From the IMG/VR virus record IMGVR_UViG_3300046490_000025: a DNA stretch of 39,689 bases. One strand, given 5' to 3'. The DNA is from a virus. The translations under genes were made by a program, and so were the position numbers. This document shows positions 32,074 through 39,689 of the stretch, in pieces. Within the stretch, counting starts at the first letter, position 1. Each line of letters begins with the position of its first letter. The notes under the pieces were generated by a model that saw nothing but the letters and a program-made list of their open reading frames with translations, did not search any database and was not told where the DNA came from.

Positions 32074-32749
32074 CCTCTCGGAACAAGTGCCTTATGGTTT
32101 CGTATCCTTTGGCGGTAATGACAGGCACGGAAAACTGCTTGCCGTTGACAATCTCGGCCCGCTGCCTCATGTACCCACGGTCCACCGCCCATGCCGTGGC
32201 CTCGTTGGACACCTTCATCATCCATCGGTTGTCCTGTAGCCACTTCCTGAACTCGGCAAGCTTGATAGACCTGTTGAACAATTCCTTATGCACCGTTCCT
32301 ATGTGCCTTTCGCATTCGTGGGTTGCAACCTCTTCCATGAATTGCAATGCCGGTTGGGCCGCATCAAGTTCCGCCTCTGCCCGGTCGGCCCTATCGGCCT
32401 CGGCTATCACCATCAAAGCCAGTTGGCGATTATCGGGAAGGGCGGATTGCCTTGCCCTTGCCATGTCAAAGAACTCTTTGACAAGCCGCTTTTTGAATGA
32501 CCGTACAATATCACTATTGCGCATGTAGGTCATAATCAACGTGGCTTGCTCTTGGTTCATCAATGCATACTCGGTAGGTCTTCCCCCTGTACTTTCGGAT
32601 TTTAAATCCAGAAGTCCAAACTCTTCCAAATCTGTTTGATAAGTACGAACCAGCTTAATAACGCTAGCATGGTCATTATCTGTGCCATTGGCTATGGCGA
32701 TTGAAGTTGTTACAAGTGTATTGTTTTGGATTGTTACGATGCTCATCAT
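32003..32749 (-). CDS. Rha-family regulator with a KilAC/antirepressor-type C-terminal domain
   Basis: The N-terminal part is TSIAIANGTDNDHASVIKLVRTYQTDLEEFG...GGRPTEYALMNQEQATLIM. The C-terminal part is WAVDRGYMRQRAEIVNGKQFSVPVITAKGYETI. Confidence 0.75.
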   Translation of the reverse strand: MMSIVTIQNNTLVTTSIAIANGTDNDHASVIKLVRTYQTDLEEFGLLDLKSESTGGRPTEYALMNQEQATLIMTYMRNSDIVRSFKKRLVKEFFDMARARQSALPDNRQLALMVIAEADRADRAEAELDAAQPALQFMEEVATHECERHIGTVHKELFNRSIKLAEFRKWLQDNRWMMKVSNEATAWAVDRGYMRQRAEIVNGKQFSVPVITAKGYETIRHLFREGELFIKIPGKGIAVQRAGAGLAQ

Positions 32750-32770
32750 TTTTCCCCGATTTAAAAAGGT

Positions 32771-32805
32771 TTAAAAAGTGCCGCGCTTCGCCCACACTGC
32801 GCGGC
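32771..32805 (-). terminator. Intrinsic terminator-like hairpin between TerS and the Rha/KilAC gene
   Basis: Stem gccgcgc (32780..32786) / gcgcggc (32799..32805). On the minus strand it is followed by ACUUUUUAA. Confidence 0.45.
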
Positions 32806-32836
32806 GAGTGCTAAATCCCGCTTTCGCGGTTGGGCC

Positions 32837-33214
32837 TTATTCGCCATCCTTTTCCGGCTTAACAAACTCCACTTTAATCACGCCGTCGCCTCCCTGGTTG
32901 ATGTCCAGATGGTTCCGCTCGCTCCACTCCCCCGGCGCACGGCAATTAAGCCAGTATTTTCCCGCATTGAAAGCGTGCTTCCCGTCGCCCGTCGCCATTT
33001 TGAACATGTTGGAAGACACCTTGTAATTCGCCTTTAGCCCGCCTGAGTCCAGTTCCTCCCTGAAAAACTTCCTCAAGGTCTTGGGAGTTATCGGCTTTCC
33101 CGTGGCCGGATTTATCATCAGCATGACTATTTGGGCCTCGGTCATTCCAACCGCCGTGAACTGGCTTACCATTTTCCGATGTTCTTCGGTCGGTTCAAAA
33201 GGTGTTTGAGCCAT
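32837..33214 (-). CDS. terS: Terminase small subunit candidate (125 aa)
   Basis: PTEEHRKMVSQFTAVGMTEAQIVMLM (HTH-like), then ...TLRKFFREELDSG...NAGKYWLNCRAPGEWSE is a pattern I recognise from small terminases. It lies upstream of TerL. Confidence 0.6.
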   Translation of the reverse strand: MAQTPFEPTEEHRKMVSQFTAVGMTEAQIVMLMINPATGKPITPKTLRKFFREELDSGGLKANYKVSSNMFKMATGDGKHAFNAGKYWLNCRAPGEWSERNHLDINQGGDGVIKVEFVKPEKDGE

Positions 33215-33226
33215 AATTATCCGGCT

Positions 33227-33276
33227 ATTTTACCCTTTATATTCCATGGAATGGATTGGGTAAAATGATAAAGGGT
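33227..33276. promoter_or_regulatory. Palindrome and alternative-pairing repeats directly upstream of TerS
   Basis: attccatggaat (33241..33252) is a 12-bp perfect palindrome. attttaccc (33227..33235) pairs with gggtaaaat (33258..33266). accctttat (33232..33240) pairs with ataaagggt (33268..33276). The two pairings are mutually exclusive. Confidence 0.45.
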
Positions 33277-33278
33277 TT

Positions 33279-34475
33279 TCATGCCGGTTCACATTCAATC
33301 AAGATAGGCGTTTTTCCCGTATGGTCTGCCCATCTTTGCAACGCCACCGCGACATAACCGGGGCTTATCTCGATGGCCCTGCACTTCCTGCCTAGGTTCT
33401 CGCAAGCGATTATCGTGGTTCCGCTGCCTGAGAATGGTTCATAAATAAGTTGGGCTTTACTTGATATTCTGCTTAACAAATCCGATACGACAGACATTGG
33501 CTTTACGCTTCCATGCCATCCAATATCGCCTTTTAATTCGTTGCTTACCTCAGATAGATAATAACAATCATGTGAAAATGGGTGTATTTCTTGCCAGTTT
33601 GCATTTCCCTTGCTGCATACGGGGATGGATTCTGACTTCAGAATCCATCCCCGCCAAGGAAAAGTGCATTGTGCAGCTTTATACATCCATAACATTCTTT
33701 CAAAATTAAACCCTTCTTTGCGCATTGCGTCTGTCCATGCGTGAAATGTCCGTGGTGACTGAAAAGCAATGACAACGCCATTTTCAATGGGCATCTGCTT
33801 GACTGCATCACCCATCAATTTAGTATGCCTGTCATGTTCGTCGCCATTAACCCCCTCTTGGTTTTGACCATACGGCGGGTCGGTCAAAACCGCATCAGCC
33901 TTCCCCCCCCCCATCACCCTATCAACATCCTCTGCATTGGTCGAATCCCCGCACAGAATCCTATGCTCCCCCAATTGCCATAGATGCCCAGTTTCAACGC
34001 CCCATTGTTCCCGCAATTCTTCGGCCCGGTCTATCTGAGGCTCCGTGTCGCCTTCGGTTTCCGGCTTATCCGGCATCATCAACTCCAAATCCCCCAGCGT
34101 GAACCCGGTAAGTTCTATGTCGAAGTCCAACGCCGCAAGGTCGCAGAGTTCCAATGCGAGGAGTTCGTTGTCCCACCCGGCAAGTTCTGCCGTGCGGTTG
34201 TCGGTGATGATGTAGGCCCGCTTCTGGTTTTCGCTCATGCCCGCCAGTTCGATCACGGGAACCATTGACATGCCCAATTTACGCGCCGCCGCTATCCTGC
34301 CATGCCCCGCTATGACCCCGTTCTCGCCGTCCACGAGGATGGGGTTTGTCCAGCCAAAGGCTTTGATACTGCCAGCGATTTTCAAAACCTGTTCATCGCT
34401 GTGCGTCCTGGCGTTTTTTGCATAGGGTATCAGCGAATCCAGTTCCCGGTATTCAATCTGCAATTCATTTTGCAT
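33279..34475 (-). CDS. ParB-like nuclease domain fused to a DNA methyltransferase (N6A/N4C, beta class)
   Basis: The ParBc region is IPYAKNARTHSDEQV...GWTNPILVD...VIAGHGRIAAA. DPPY (VLTDPPYG) precedes the AdoMet motif EPFSGSGTT. Confidence 0.85.
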   Translation of the reverse strand: MQNELQIEYRELDSLIPYAKNARTHSDEQVLKIAGSIKAFGWTNPILVDGENGVIAGHGRIAAARKLGMSMVPVIELAGMSENQKRAYIITDNRTAELAGWDNELLALELCDLAALDFDIELTGFTLGDLELMMPDKPETEGDTEPQIDRAEELREQWGVETGHLWQLGEHRILCGDSTNAEDVDRVMGGGKADAVLTDPPYGQNQEGVNGDEHDRHTKLMGDAVKQMPIENGVVIAFQSPRTFHAWTDAMRKEGFNFERMLWMYKAAQCTFPWRGWILKSESIPVCSKGNANWQEIHPFSHDCYYLSEVSNELKGDIGWHGSVKPMSVVSDLLSRISSKAQLIYEPFSGSGTTIIACENLGRKCRAIEISPGYVAVALQRWADHTGKTPILIECEPA

Positions 34476-34680
34476 TGAGTGCGCCTATCCAGATTTTTAT
34501 GGTTTTTCGTGAGACAGGCGATGGGATGTCCCAAATTAAAGTTTCGTCCGAAACTGGAATCGCCCTTTTTTGAAGTTCGGACTCATTCCAGTCCAGCCAC
34601 TTTTGCATATCTATGGCAAAGCCCGCGTGAATCTGTTTGCGAGTTAATTCATCCATTCGGTTTGTCCTTTGTTTTGCCAT
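34465..34680 (-). CDS. Hypothetical protein (71 aa)
   Basis: ORF track. Confidence 0.5.
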   Translation of the reverse strand: MAKQRTNRMDELTRKQIHAGFAIDMQKWLDWNESELQKRAIPVSDETLIWDIPSPVSRKTIKIWIGALNAK

Positions 34681-34837
34681 TCACAGGCTGTTTACGCGCC
34701 ATTCCCATGTCGGTGGCAACGAATAAAACCCGAGTGGTGAACCCGCATAAGCAGCGCATATACTTGAGCGTCTTCGTTTCGTCCACCCTGGACGCGCCGT
34801 ATTGGGATAAGTGCAAGCCGCATTTAGGGCAGTTCAT
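34649..34837 (-). CDS. Zinc-ribbon protein (62 aa), possibly an Ogr/Delta-like late activator
   Basis: CPKC...RCLC four-Cys arrangement. It lies upstream of the packaging genes. The functional call is speculative. Confidence 0.45.
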   Translation of the reverse strand: MNCPKCGLHLSQYGASRVDETKTLKYMRCLCGFTTRVLFVATDMGMARKQPVNGKTKDKPNG

Positions 34838-35054
34838 CTTCCAACGGCCTCACCATTTTCGCATGTGTCCCGCAGTAAAGCCCAGCAACGCCCTTGCCTT
34901 TTTTCCTCTTGCATTGGTGGAAAAGCATTGATGACTTGTCCATGACTTCGTAGGCGCAATATTCCTTAGCGTATTTATGCCCGTTTGTATTTCCTCCCCA
35001 CGAACCATACCGTAAAGTCATGGCCTGTTCCAAGTTTCTAGGAGCGTTTATCAT
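34824..35054 (-). CDS. Hypothetical Cys/His-containing protein (76 aa)
   Basis: ORF track. Confidence 0.5.
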   Translation of the reverse strand: MINAPRNLEQAMTLRYGSWGGNTNGHKYAKEYCAYEVMDKSSMLFHQCKRKKGKGVAGLYCGTHAKMVRPLEDELP

Positions 35055-35198
35055 TTTTCAATCACTTTTTTGATAAAATAAGTTCCTTGCCCTACTATCC
35101 CGTTTGTTTACCTGATAAACATCTATTGTCTTCGGTCCAAGTCCTTCATTTAAGACTTCCCCCAATGGGGAGAGTGTAATAAGCCCCCGTTCTGCCAA

Positions 35199-35303
35199 TC
35201 AATCCATTGATTGCTTAACTTTGTCGTGCCGTGATTCAACCAGCCTGGATATTTCCAAGCTGCTCATAGTCAATGCAAAAGGTATAGCCTGTAGTTCGTT
35301 CAT
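35199..35303 (-). pseudogene. Truncated Rha-family N-terminal fragment (34 codons)
   Basis: MNELQAIPFALTMSSLEISRLVESRHDKVKQSMD matches the start of Rha domains (S-x-x-I-x...RHDxV) but stops after 34 aa. It is followed by 144 nt of non-coding sequence. Confidence 0.4.
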
Positions 35304-35344
35304 CTTGTATCTCCTGTAAAGGTTGTTAAATGGTTGGCCCGTTC

Positions 35345-35614
35345 TTACGCACGGGTGGGCCGGTCCCGCTTTACAACGCACTTGGTACGCCGCGAATCCT
35401 TATGAATTTGTTCGTGACACGCATGGCAAAGGCATTGAAGCTGCCACGGCGATTCGTTGCCAAAATCCTTGTAGCTAAGGTGATGCACGTCGAAAGGCCC
35501 GCGCCTTGTGCCGCATTTTTGGCAAGCCGCCCCCGCCGCCCATATCGCCGCTATCCGCTTATACCGCCATTTTTCGCTTAGCAGGTATTGGCGGTATTCA
35601 GCCGAGCGGTTCAT
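35345..35614 (-). CDS. Small HNH-type (beta-beta-alpha-Me, zinc) nuclease (89 aa)
   Basis: CQKCG...DVHHLSY...LQCLCHACHEQIH. Confidence 0.65.
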   Translation of the reverse strand: MNRSAEYRQYLLSEKWRYKRIAAIWAAGAACQKCGTRRGPFDVHHLSYKDFGNESPWQLQCLCHACHEQIHKDSRRTKCVVKRDRPTRA

Positions 35615-35624
35615 CTTCCAACCG

Positions 35625-36113
35625 CTAAGGTAATTGTTGATTACCAGCAGAGGGCAGGGTTATCCAGTCATAATCGCCTGGATTGCCGAAATTAAGGCCA
35701 GGAGTGTAAGTCAGTTCTTGCTTGTAAGGGAAAAGAGTCCGGTCATACAAAATGCCATTCTCAACTTTAAAGTGTATGACCGGCTTGCATGTTTCGCCAA
35801 ACTCGCGTTTTCCAACTGGACGAACCATCATCTCCGTGCCATCGTCGTTAATAGCCTTACCGTCGCGTATGTTGCTTACTTCATCGCCGTACTCAATGCT
35901 TTCGCCCTTGTATAGGAAAAAGTATCGGCCCTGGACGCACACTCCAAGCTCTCCTAGGTCGTTTACCACCCATTTAACATCATCTTTACTAATCGTAATT
36001 CTTGCCATTGCATCCACTATCCAGTCGGACTCGTCAAGGTCGGAATTTGAAAATACCGCTGCGGGCTTTTCGCGGTCGGCCCGCTCTTTTGTGTCAATCG
36101 CCGCCATGTTCAA
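35625..36113 (-). CDS. Hypothetical protein (162 aa)
   Basis: ORF track. Confidence 0.6.
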   Translation of the reverse strand: MNMAAIDTKERADREKPAAVFSNSDLDESDWIVDAMARITISKDDVKWVVNDLGELGVCVQGRYFFLYKGESIEYGDEVSNIRDGKAINDDGTEMMVRPVGKREFGETCKPVIHFKVENGILYDRTLFPYKQELTYTPGLNFGNPGDYDWITLPSAGNQQLP

Positions 36114-36249
36114 CCCCGTTGGTAAGTTTGTAGGCCAGCAAGTCTATGTCTTCCCGGTCTAGGTACATGCTTGCAATCTCAACAATCCGGTCCCATTCAA
36201 CCTCAATAATCTTGTCAATAGCCAGTTTTTCGATGTAGGTCAGTTTCAT
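36094..36249 (-). CDS. Possible small protein (51 aa)
   Basis: My translation is [51 protein letters not shown]. Its ATG overlaps the upstream stop (ATGA). Confidence 0.35.
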   Translation of the reverse strand: MKLTYIEKLAIDKIIEVEWDRIVEIASMYLDREDIDLLAYKLTNGVEHGGD

Positions 36250-36455
36250 AATTGCGCACCGTCTTCGCTGTTTATTTTCTTTTTCAAAAATTCGTCAATG
36301 TCGGACCTAAGATAGAACCTAGTCCCGCTTGCCGTCTTGTGGTGCGGCTTAAATTCGCCCACGTCGCCCCAAGAACGCAATGTGTCTTTGTGGATTCCGA
36401 GCAACGCCGCCGCCTCCCCTATCCGAATAAGTGGTTTTTCCGTTTTTTCTTTCAT
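36246..36455 (-). CDS. MerR/excisionase-type helix-turn-helix DNA-binding protein (69 aa)
   Basis: IRIGEAAALLGIHKDTLRSWGDVGEFKPHHKTASGTRFY. Confidence 0.65.
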   Translation of the reverse strand: MKEKTEKPLIRIGEAAALLGIHKDTLRSWGDVGEFKPHHKTASGTRFYLRSDIDEFLKKKINSEDGAQL

Positions 36456-36569
36456 GGCCTTAAGTTATCATAGCTTTTCATACGTTGCAACAACTTTCCA
36501 CCAATCCTGAAAAACCGTACCTAAGCCCAGCCACGGCGTTTTTCCCATCACCCCGCTGGCTTGCATTGG

Positions 36570-36848
36570 TCATTGCCTTTTATCGGCTGGCTGTTCCCAT
36601 TCCCGGCCCGTGTAGCCGTCCATCATAGAATCCGGCAATGCCCGGTCGTTGTCCCTGCAATAGGTGTCGGTCCAGATGAACCCGTCCGAGTCCTGCATGA
36701 TTGCCCATTCGTAAATCTTGGATTTCATGCCGTCCACCAGCGAGTACCATCCGTCCGGCGCACGGGTGTGGCTGAGGATTCTGGGGAACTTTACGAACCT
36801 TGCGCGGTAGGATTCCAGCGGGTCGAGAGTGGTTTCGGTTTCGGTCAT
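36570..36848 (-). CDS. Hypothetical protein (92 aa)
   Basis: ORF track; preferred over the overlapping 36580..36942, which runs into the iteron region. Confidence 0.5.
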   Translation of the reverse strand: MTETETTLDPLESYRARFVKFPRILSHTRAPDGWYSLVDGMKSKIYEWAIMQDSDGFIWTDTYCRDNDRALPDSMMDGYTGREWEQPADKRQ

Positions 36849-36883
36849 TTTTACGCCATGTTTTGATGATTAAAAAAGCCACT

Positions 36884-37186
36884 GGTTGGACATCGCGCGC
36901 GCGTGTATAGTCGGCAAATTGTCCAACCTGATGTCCAACCAATGGAACGAATGTACAACCAATATATAAATCAATAACTTATATAAAAAAAAACCCCTGT
37001 ATATTATATACATGTTTAGTTGTAACCTATTGATTTATTAGTTGGTTGGACAATTTTGCTTGGTTGGACAATGATTTTAGTTTGCAATGTCCAACCAAGA
37101 AAATAGCGTTTATACGACAAGCTATTGAAAAATATCATTTATCACTGTTTAAATCGCAATGTCCAACCTGATCGCAATGTCCAACC
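36884..37186. repeat. Iteron array flanking an AT-rich core; putative origin of replication
   Basis: TGTCCAACC occurs at 36920, 36932, 37088, 37160 and 37178. The variant TGTACAACC is at 36952. The inverted form GGTTGGACA is at 36884, 37044 and 37062. The AT-rich stretch 36961..37020 includes A9. The extended repeat GCAATGTCCAACC occurs 3 times. Confidence 0.65.
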
Positions 37187-37193
37187 AAGAGAA

Positions 37194-38420
37194 TCATTTT
37201 TTAACGTCCGCTATGCTCCACCTTGCCTTAGCCGGATAACCAACCTGCTCGGAAAATATGCCCACTTTTTTAGCGGCAAATTTAAGTTGAACCTCCGTAT
37301 AGCCCTCTTTTTTAGCCGATAGGACGATCTCATGCTTCATCATCCCCCCGTACCTCAATGTTGCATCCAGCCACTTGGCGCACTCAGTGGACAATTCACG
37401 ATCTTCCCCTGTCTGCCTGTTGTCCGTCCGCTCCATGATGTCGTCCGCGTGTCCGTTTATCGCCCCGCCCCATAGGATGTAGGTGTTTTCGATGTGTTCG
37501 TATTCCGGCCTGCCGGGTATCCCGCCAAGCCGTATCTCATACTCGAATCCCCCGGATGCTGGTCCGAGGTTGGACTTTGCCCTTGCCATAACCAGCTTTT
37601 CCTCTTCGTCCTCCCCGTCCTGCACCCTGCCCGCGACTAGCACCATCCGGGCTAGTGCGCCGAACGCAAGCGAGCCGGTCACGCGGTCGAGTGCGCTGCT
37701 GCCTTTTGAGTTTTTAGTGAAATGGGTTATGCCGAGCATGGAGCATTCGATCTTCTCAGCAATGTCAACGGTCGGTTGAAGCCCCCGCCTTACGTCGGTG
37801 TTCTTGTTGCCGTCGCCTGAGACCGTGCTGGATATGCTGTCTATGATTACAAGGGCTGGCTTTTCCGGCATCTTGTCCAACTCCTTCAAAAGCTCCTCCA
37901 TATCCTTCGACGGGTCGAACGGCCTTCGCCCGTCCTGGCATTCTTCATCCAATGCCGCCATCACAAAACGCACCATTGACATGTCCGCCCCGCAGCACAT
38001 CAGCCGTGGGACTATCGTGCTTTTCAGCGAGTCCTCCCCGGACCATATCAACACCATGCCCTTTTCCGCGTGAGTGCCGTCAGGCCACCTTCCCCCGATT
38101 GTCACAGTAGCTGCAAGCGCAAGTGTTAGCGTCGTCTTGCCGCACCCAGGTTTACCGGCCAGTATCGTCAACGCCCCGAGCGGTAGCCATCCTTCCCATA
38201 GCCAGCTTGTGTTTTCCGGTTCTATGTCGGTTCCCATGGCTATGTGTATCCCCGTCGCCGGTTTCGGCTGTTGTTGTTTTGATTTGTCCCTTGGCGGATG
38301 CAGTCGCGCATGGTTTATCCGCTCCTGCTCCTTTTCCTCCCTCCTTTTTTTGATGTCTACTACGATTATCGGCCCTTGCTCGTCGCCTTCATGCGTGGCT
38401 GTTGTTGTTGATTTTTTCAT
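37194..38420 (-). CDS. RepA/AAA_25-like P-loop ATPase (replicative helicase / initiator candidate)
   Basis: Walker A is LAGKPGCGKTT and Walker B is ALVIIDSISS. RecA-like core. The iteron array is adjacent. Confidence 0.7.
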   Translation of the reverse strand: MKKSTTTATHEGDEQGPIIVVDIKKRREEKEQERINHARLHPPRDKSKQQQPKPATGIHIAMGTDIEPENTSWLWEGWLPLGALTILAGKPGCGKTTLTLALAATVTIGGRWPDGTHAEKGMVLIWSGEDSLKSTIVPRLMCCGADMSMVRFVMAALDEECQDGRRPFDPSKDMEELLKELDKMPEKPALVIIDSISSTVSGDGNKNTDVRRGLQPTVDIAEKIECSMLGITHFTKNSKGSSALDRVTGSLAFGALARMVLVAGRVQDGEDEEEKLVMARAKSNLGPASGGFEYEIRLGGIPGRPEYEHIENTYILWGGAINGHADDIMERTDNRQTGEDRELSTECAKWLDATLRYGGMMKHEIVLSAKKEGYTEVQLKFAAKKVGIFSEQVGYPAKARWSIADVKK

Positions 38421-38826
38421 GGCGTGATTCTTTGGGTAGGTACAGCCTGGAGACTTCGGAGCCGAATCGGTAAAGGTTTCCGTCGATCATTTCCGCCTCG
38501 CCGTCGTCGAGTATGATGAATTGAGCCATCCACTGGACCAGGTCCGCGCCGTATTCCAGCAATTCAAGCGAAAGCGTTTCCAGAAACTCCAAGCGTTCTT
38601 CATTCCCGAAACCGTAGATAAGGCAATCCTTCCCATCCACGGCCCGCCAATCGAAAAGGTAGGCTGGCCTTCTGTACGGAAGCACGAGCTTGGCCAGGTC
38701 AAACCATTCGCACTCCGGCCCCGCCCGCATTCGCGCCATGCTTCCGGTCAGTATCGCTATGCTCTTTCTTTCCGGGTCGATTGCCTGGGACAACGGCGCC
38801 GGTGTGCGCTGCCTTATCGCACTCAT
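38389..38826 (-). CDS. Hypothetical replication-module protein (145 aa from the ATG at 38826)
   Basis: A GGAGGGG SD lies upstream. The ATG overlaps the XRE gene stop (ATGA). Confidence 0.5.
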   Translation of the reverse strand: MSAIRQRTPAPLSQAIDPERKSIAILTGSMARMRAGPECEWFDLAKLVLPYRRPAYLFDWRAVDGKDCLIYGFGNEERLEFLETLSLELLEYGADLVQWMAQFIILDDGEAEMIDGNLYRFGSEVSRLYLPKESRHEKINNNSHA

Positions 38827-39065
38827 TGCTTCCCCTCCTGCGCCCGCGCCTTTTTGATCGCCATGGTTTTCAACTTCCCGAGCCACGGCACAAGCAACTC
38901 GCACGGGATGTCAAATTCCTGCTCGGCAAGGAAAGCCCGCTCGGGTGGAATGGGCCGCTTTCCAGCAATGATGAAGCTAACAGTAGATTGCTTCAAACCT
39001 ACCCGCTCGGCAAATTCCTCCTGGGTAAGTTCTTTTTCCTTCAAAATCTTTTTGAGTTTTTTCAT
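38823..39065 (-). CDS. XRE/Cro-type HTH transcriptional regulator (80 aa)
   Basis: LTQEEFAERVGLKQSTVSFIIAGKRPI. It is the first gene after the 39091..39120 promoter. Confidence 0.75.
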   Translation of the reverse strand: MKKLKKILKEKELTQEEFAERVGLKQSTVSFIIAGKRPIPPERAFLAEQEFDIPCELLVPWLGKLKTMAIKKARAQEGKQ

Positions 39066-39090
39066 GTCGGTTTCCTTTGGTGGGTCTAAT

Positions 39091-39120
39091 ATAATATCAT
39101 ATTGCTATATTGCATGACAA
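39091..39120 (-). promoter_or_regulatory. Sigma70-type promoter with repeated GCAATAT in the spacer
   Basis: The minus strand reads TTGTCA - 18 nt (TGCAATATAGCAATATGA) - TATTAT. Confidence 0.5.
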
Positions 39121-39156
39121 TATAAAATCCGATAGCCCATGACTGAACTATCGGAT
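39120..39156 (-). terminator. Rho-independent terminator ending the early-left transcript
   Basis: 9-bp stem atccgatag (39127..39135) / ctatcggat (39148..39156). On the minus strand it is followed by UUUUAUA. Confidence 0.6.
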
Positions 39157-39176
39157 TGGTTTGATGCTGCCTAAAA

Positions 39177-39410
39177 CTAATCCGGCCTTTCCGCAAGAGA
39201 ATCCAGCCACGGGTATTTGACCCTTTCAGGCTGGGGGAGGATGCAGCCGAACCTGCCTTTGCCATCCCAACACCGACGCGCATGGTTTTCTATGGGGTGT
39301 CCGACATACCAATACCATTTCCCGTCATGGTCCATGGCGATGTGGGTCGCACTCGCTGGCACGTTGCGCCATAGGTCGATTAGTTCGTATTCGGTTAGTC
39401 CTTGGTTCAT
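39177..39410 (-). CDS. Hypothetical protein (77 aa, W-rich)
   Basis: ORF track. Confidence 0.5.
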   Translation of the reverse strand: MNQGLTEYELIDLWRNVPASATHIAMDHDGKWYWYVGHPIENHARRCWDGKGRFGCILPQPERVKYPWLDSLAERPD

Positions 39411-39652
39411 CTCTGATTGGCCCTCTCGGAAAGCATGGCATCGGCTTTGTCATACGCCATTTCTGAAATATCCTGATCTTCCCAAGAATATTTATCGGCT
39501 AAAAGCACTAAATTAGTCAAAGCACACCCAGCAAAGTAATCCCTCAAAGTCACATACTGCAAAAAGCCGTCTTCGCCATCCTGGCAATGGTCCACGCTGT
39601 CGCCTTTGGATAGTATAGGGTTAATCATTTGTATACTCCTGAATAATTGCAT
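39407..39652 (-). CDS. Hypothetical protein; the start lies inside the terminal overlap (alternative ATG at 39628)
   Basis: ORF track. Its 5-prime end is duplicated at 1..90 because of the 127-nt overlap. Confidence 0.5.
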   Translation of the reverse strand: MQLFRSIQMINPILSKGDSVDHCQDGEDGFLQYVTLRDYFAGCALTNLVLLADKYSWEDQDISEMAYDKADAMLSERANQR

Positions 39653-39689
39653 CGGCTGGTGCGTATTCGTAAAACACCATTTCCCTCAC
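39563..39689. repeat. Terminal overlap, copy 2
   Basis: Identical to 1..127. Confidence 0.9.

Noticed and set aside
36246-36455. Excisionase, implying a temperate integrating lifestyle
   Set aside because: The MerR/excisionase-type HTH fold is generic. No integrase, recombinase, transposase or CI-type repressor is present, so I call it only a DNA-binding protein.
36884-37186. CRISPR-like repeat array
   Set aside because: The repeats are only 9-13 bp, occur in both orientations with irregular spacing, and surround an AT-rich core next to a replication gene. This is iteron architecture, not a CRISPR array.

Overview
The window is a complete tailed-phage genome. The first 127 nt (1..127) are identical to the last 127 nt (39563..39689). 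This fits a circular or circularly permuted assembly with a unit length of about 39,562 bp. Every convincing ORF lies on the minus strand. The only plus-strand signal is one short promoter-to-terminator unit at about 6981..7262. Read in the minus direction, the layout is as follows. (a) An early-left block (6743 down to 59, continuing across the junction to 39177) holds small hypothetical genes, a YqaJ-type exonuclease and a GIY-YIG homing endonuclease. (b) A block starts at a promoter near 39091..39120. It holds an XRE regulator, a RepA/AAA_25-like helicase, an iteron-type origin (36884..37186), small HTH/HNH/zinc-ribbon genes and a ParB-DNA methyltransferase fusion. (c) Packaging and a Mu-like head module hold TerS, TerL, a DUF935 portal, MuF, a gpG-like protein, protease/scaffold, a decoration-like protein, the major capsid and a DUF1320 connector. 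(d) A siphovirus-type tail module holds the tube, G/GT chaperones, a 973-aa tape measure and distal tail/fibre proteins. (e) Two holin-like membrane proteins sit at the end. No integrase, transposase, tRNA, rRNA or CRISPR array is visible. The standout feature is in TerL. It is interrupted at its C-terminal nuclease motif by a 322-codon intein with all splicing residues intact. The space between the intein's N- and C-terminal splicing blocks is occupied by a complete HNH endonuclease gene in a different reading frame, with its own ATG and SD-like GGGGA, while the terminase frame stays open across it. Other notable points follow. An AT-rich ~950-bp GIY-YIG cassette splits the exonuclease gene and carries a replacement N-terminus. 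A GC-rich, inverted-repeat-bounded structured element lies at 327..466. There are three Rha-type regulator genes or fragments, two of them inserted inside the packaging and tail modules. Low-GC domain swaps are visible in tail genes. Several hairpins and palindromes are placed at gene starts. Family names are my recognition of motifs in the translations, not database hits.
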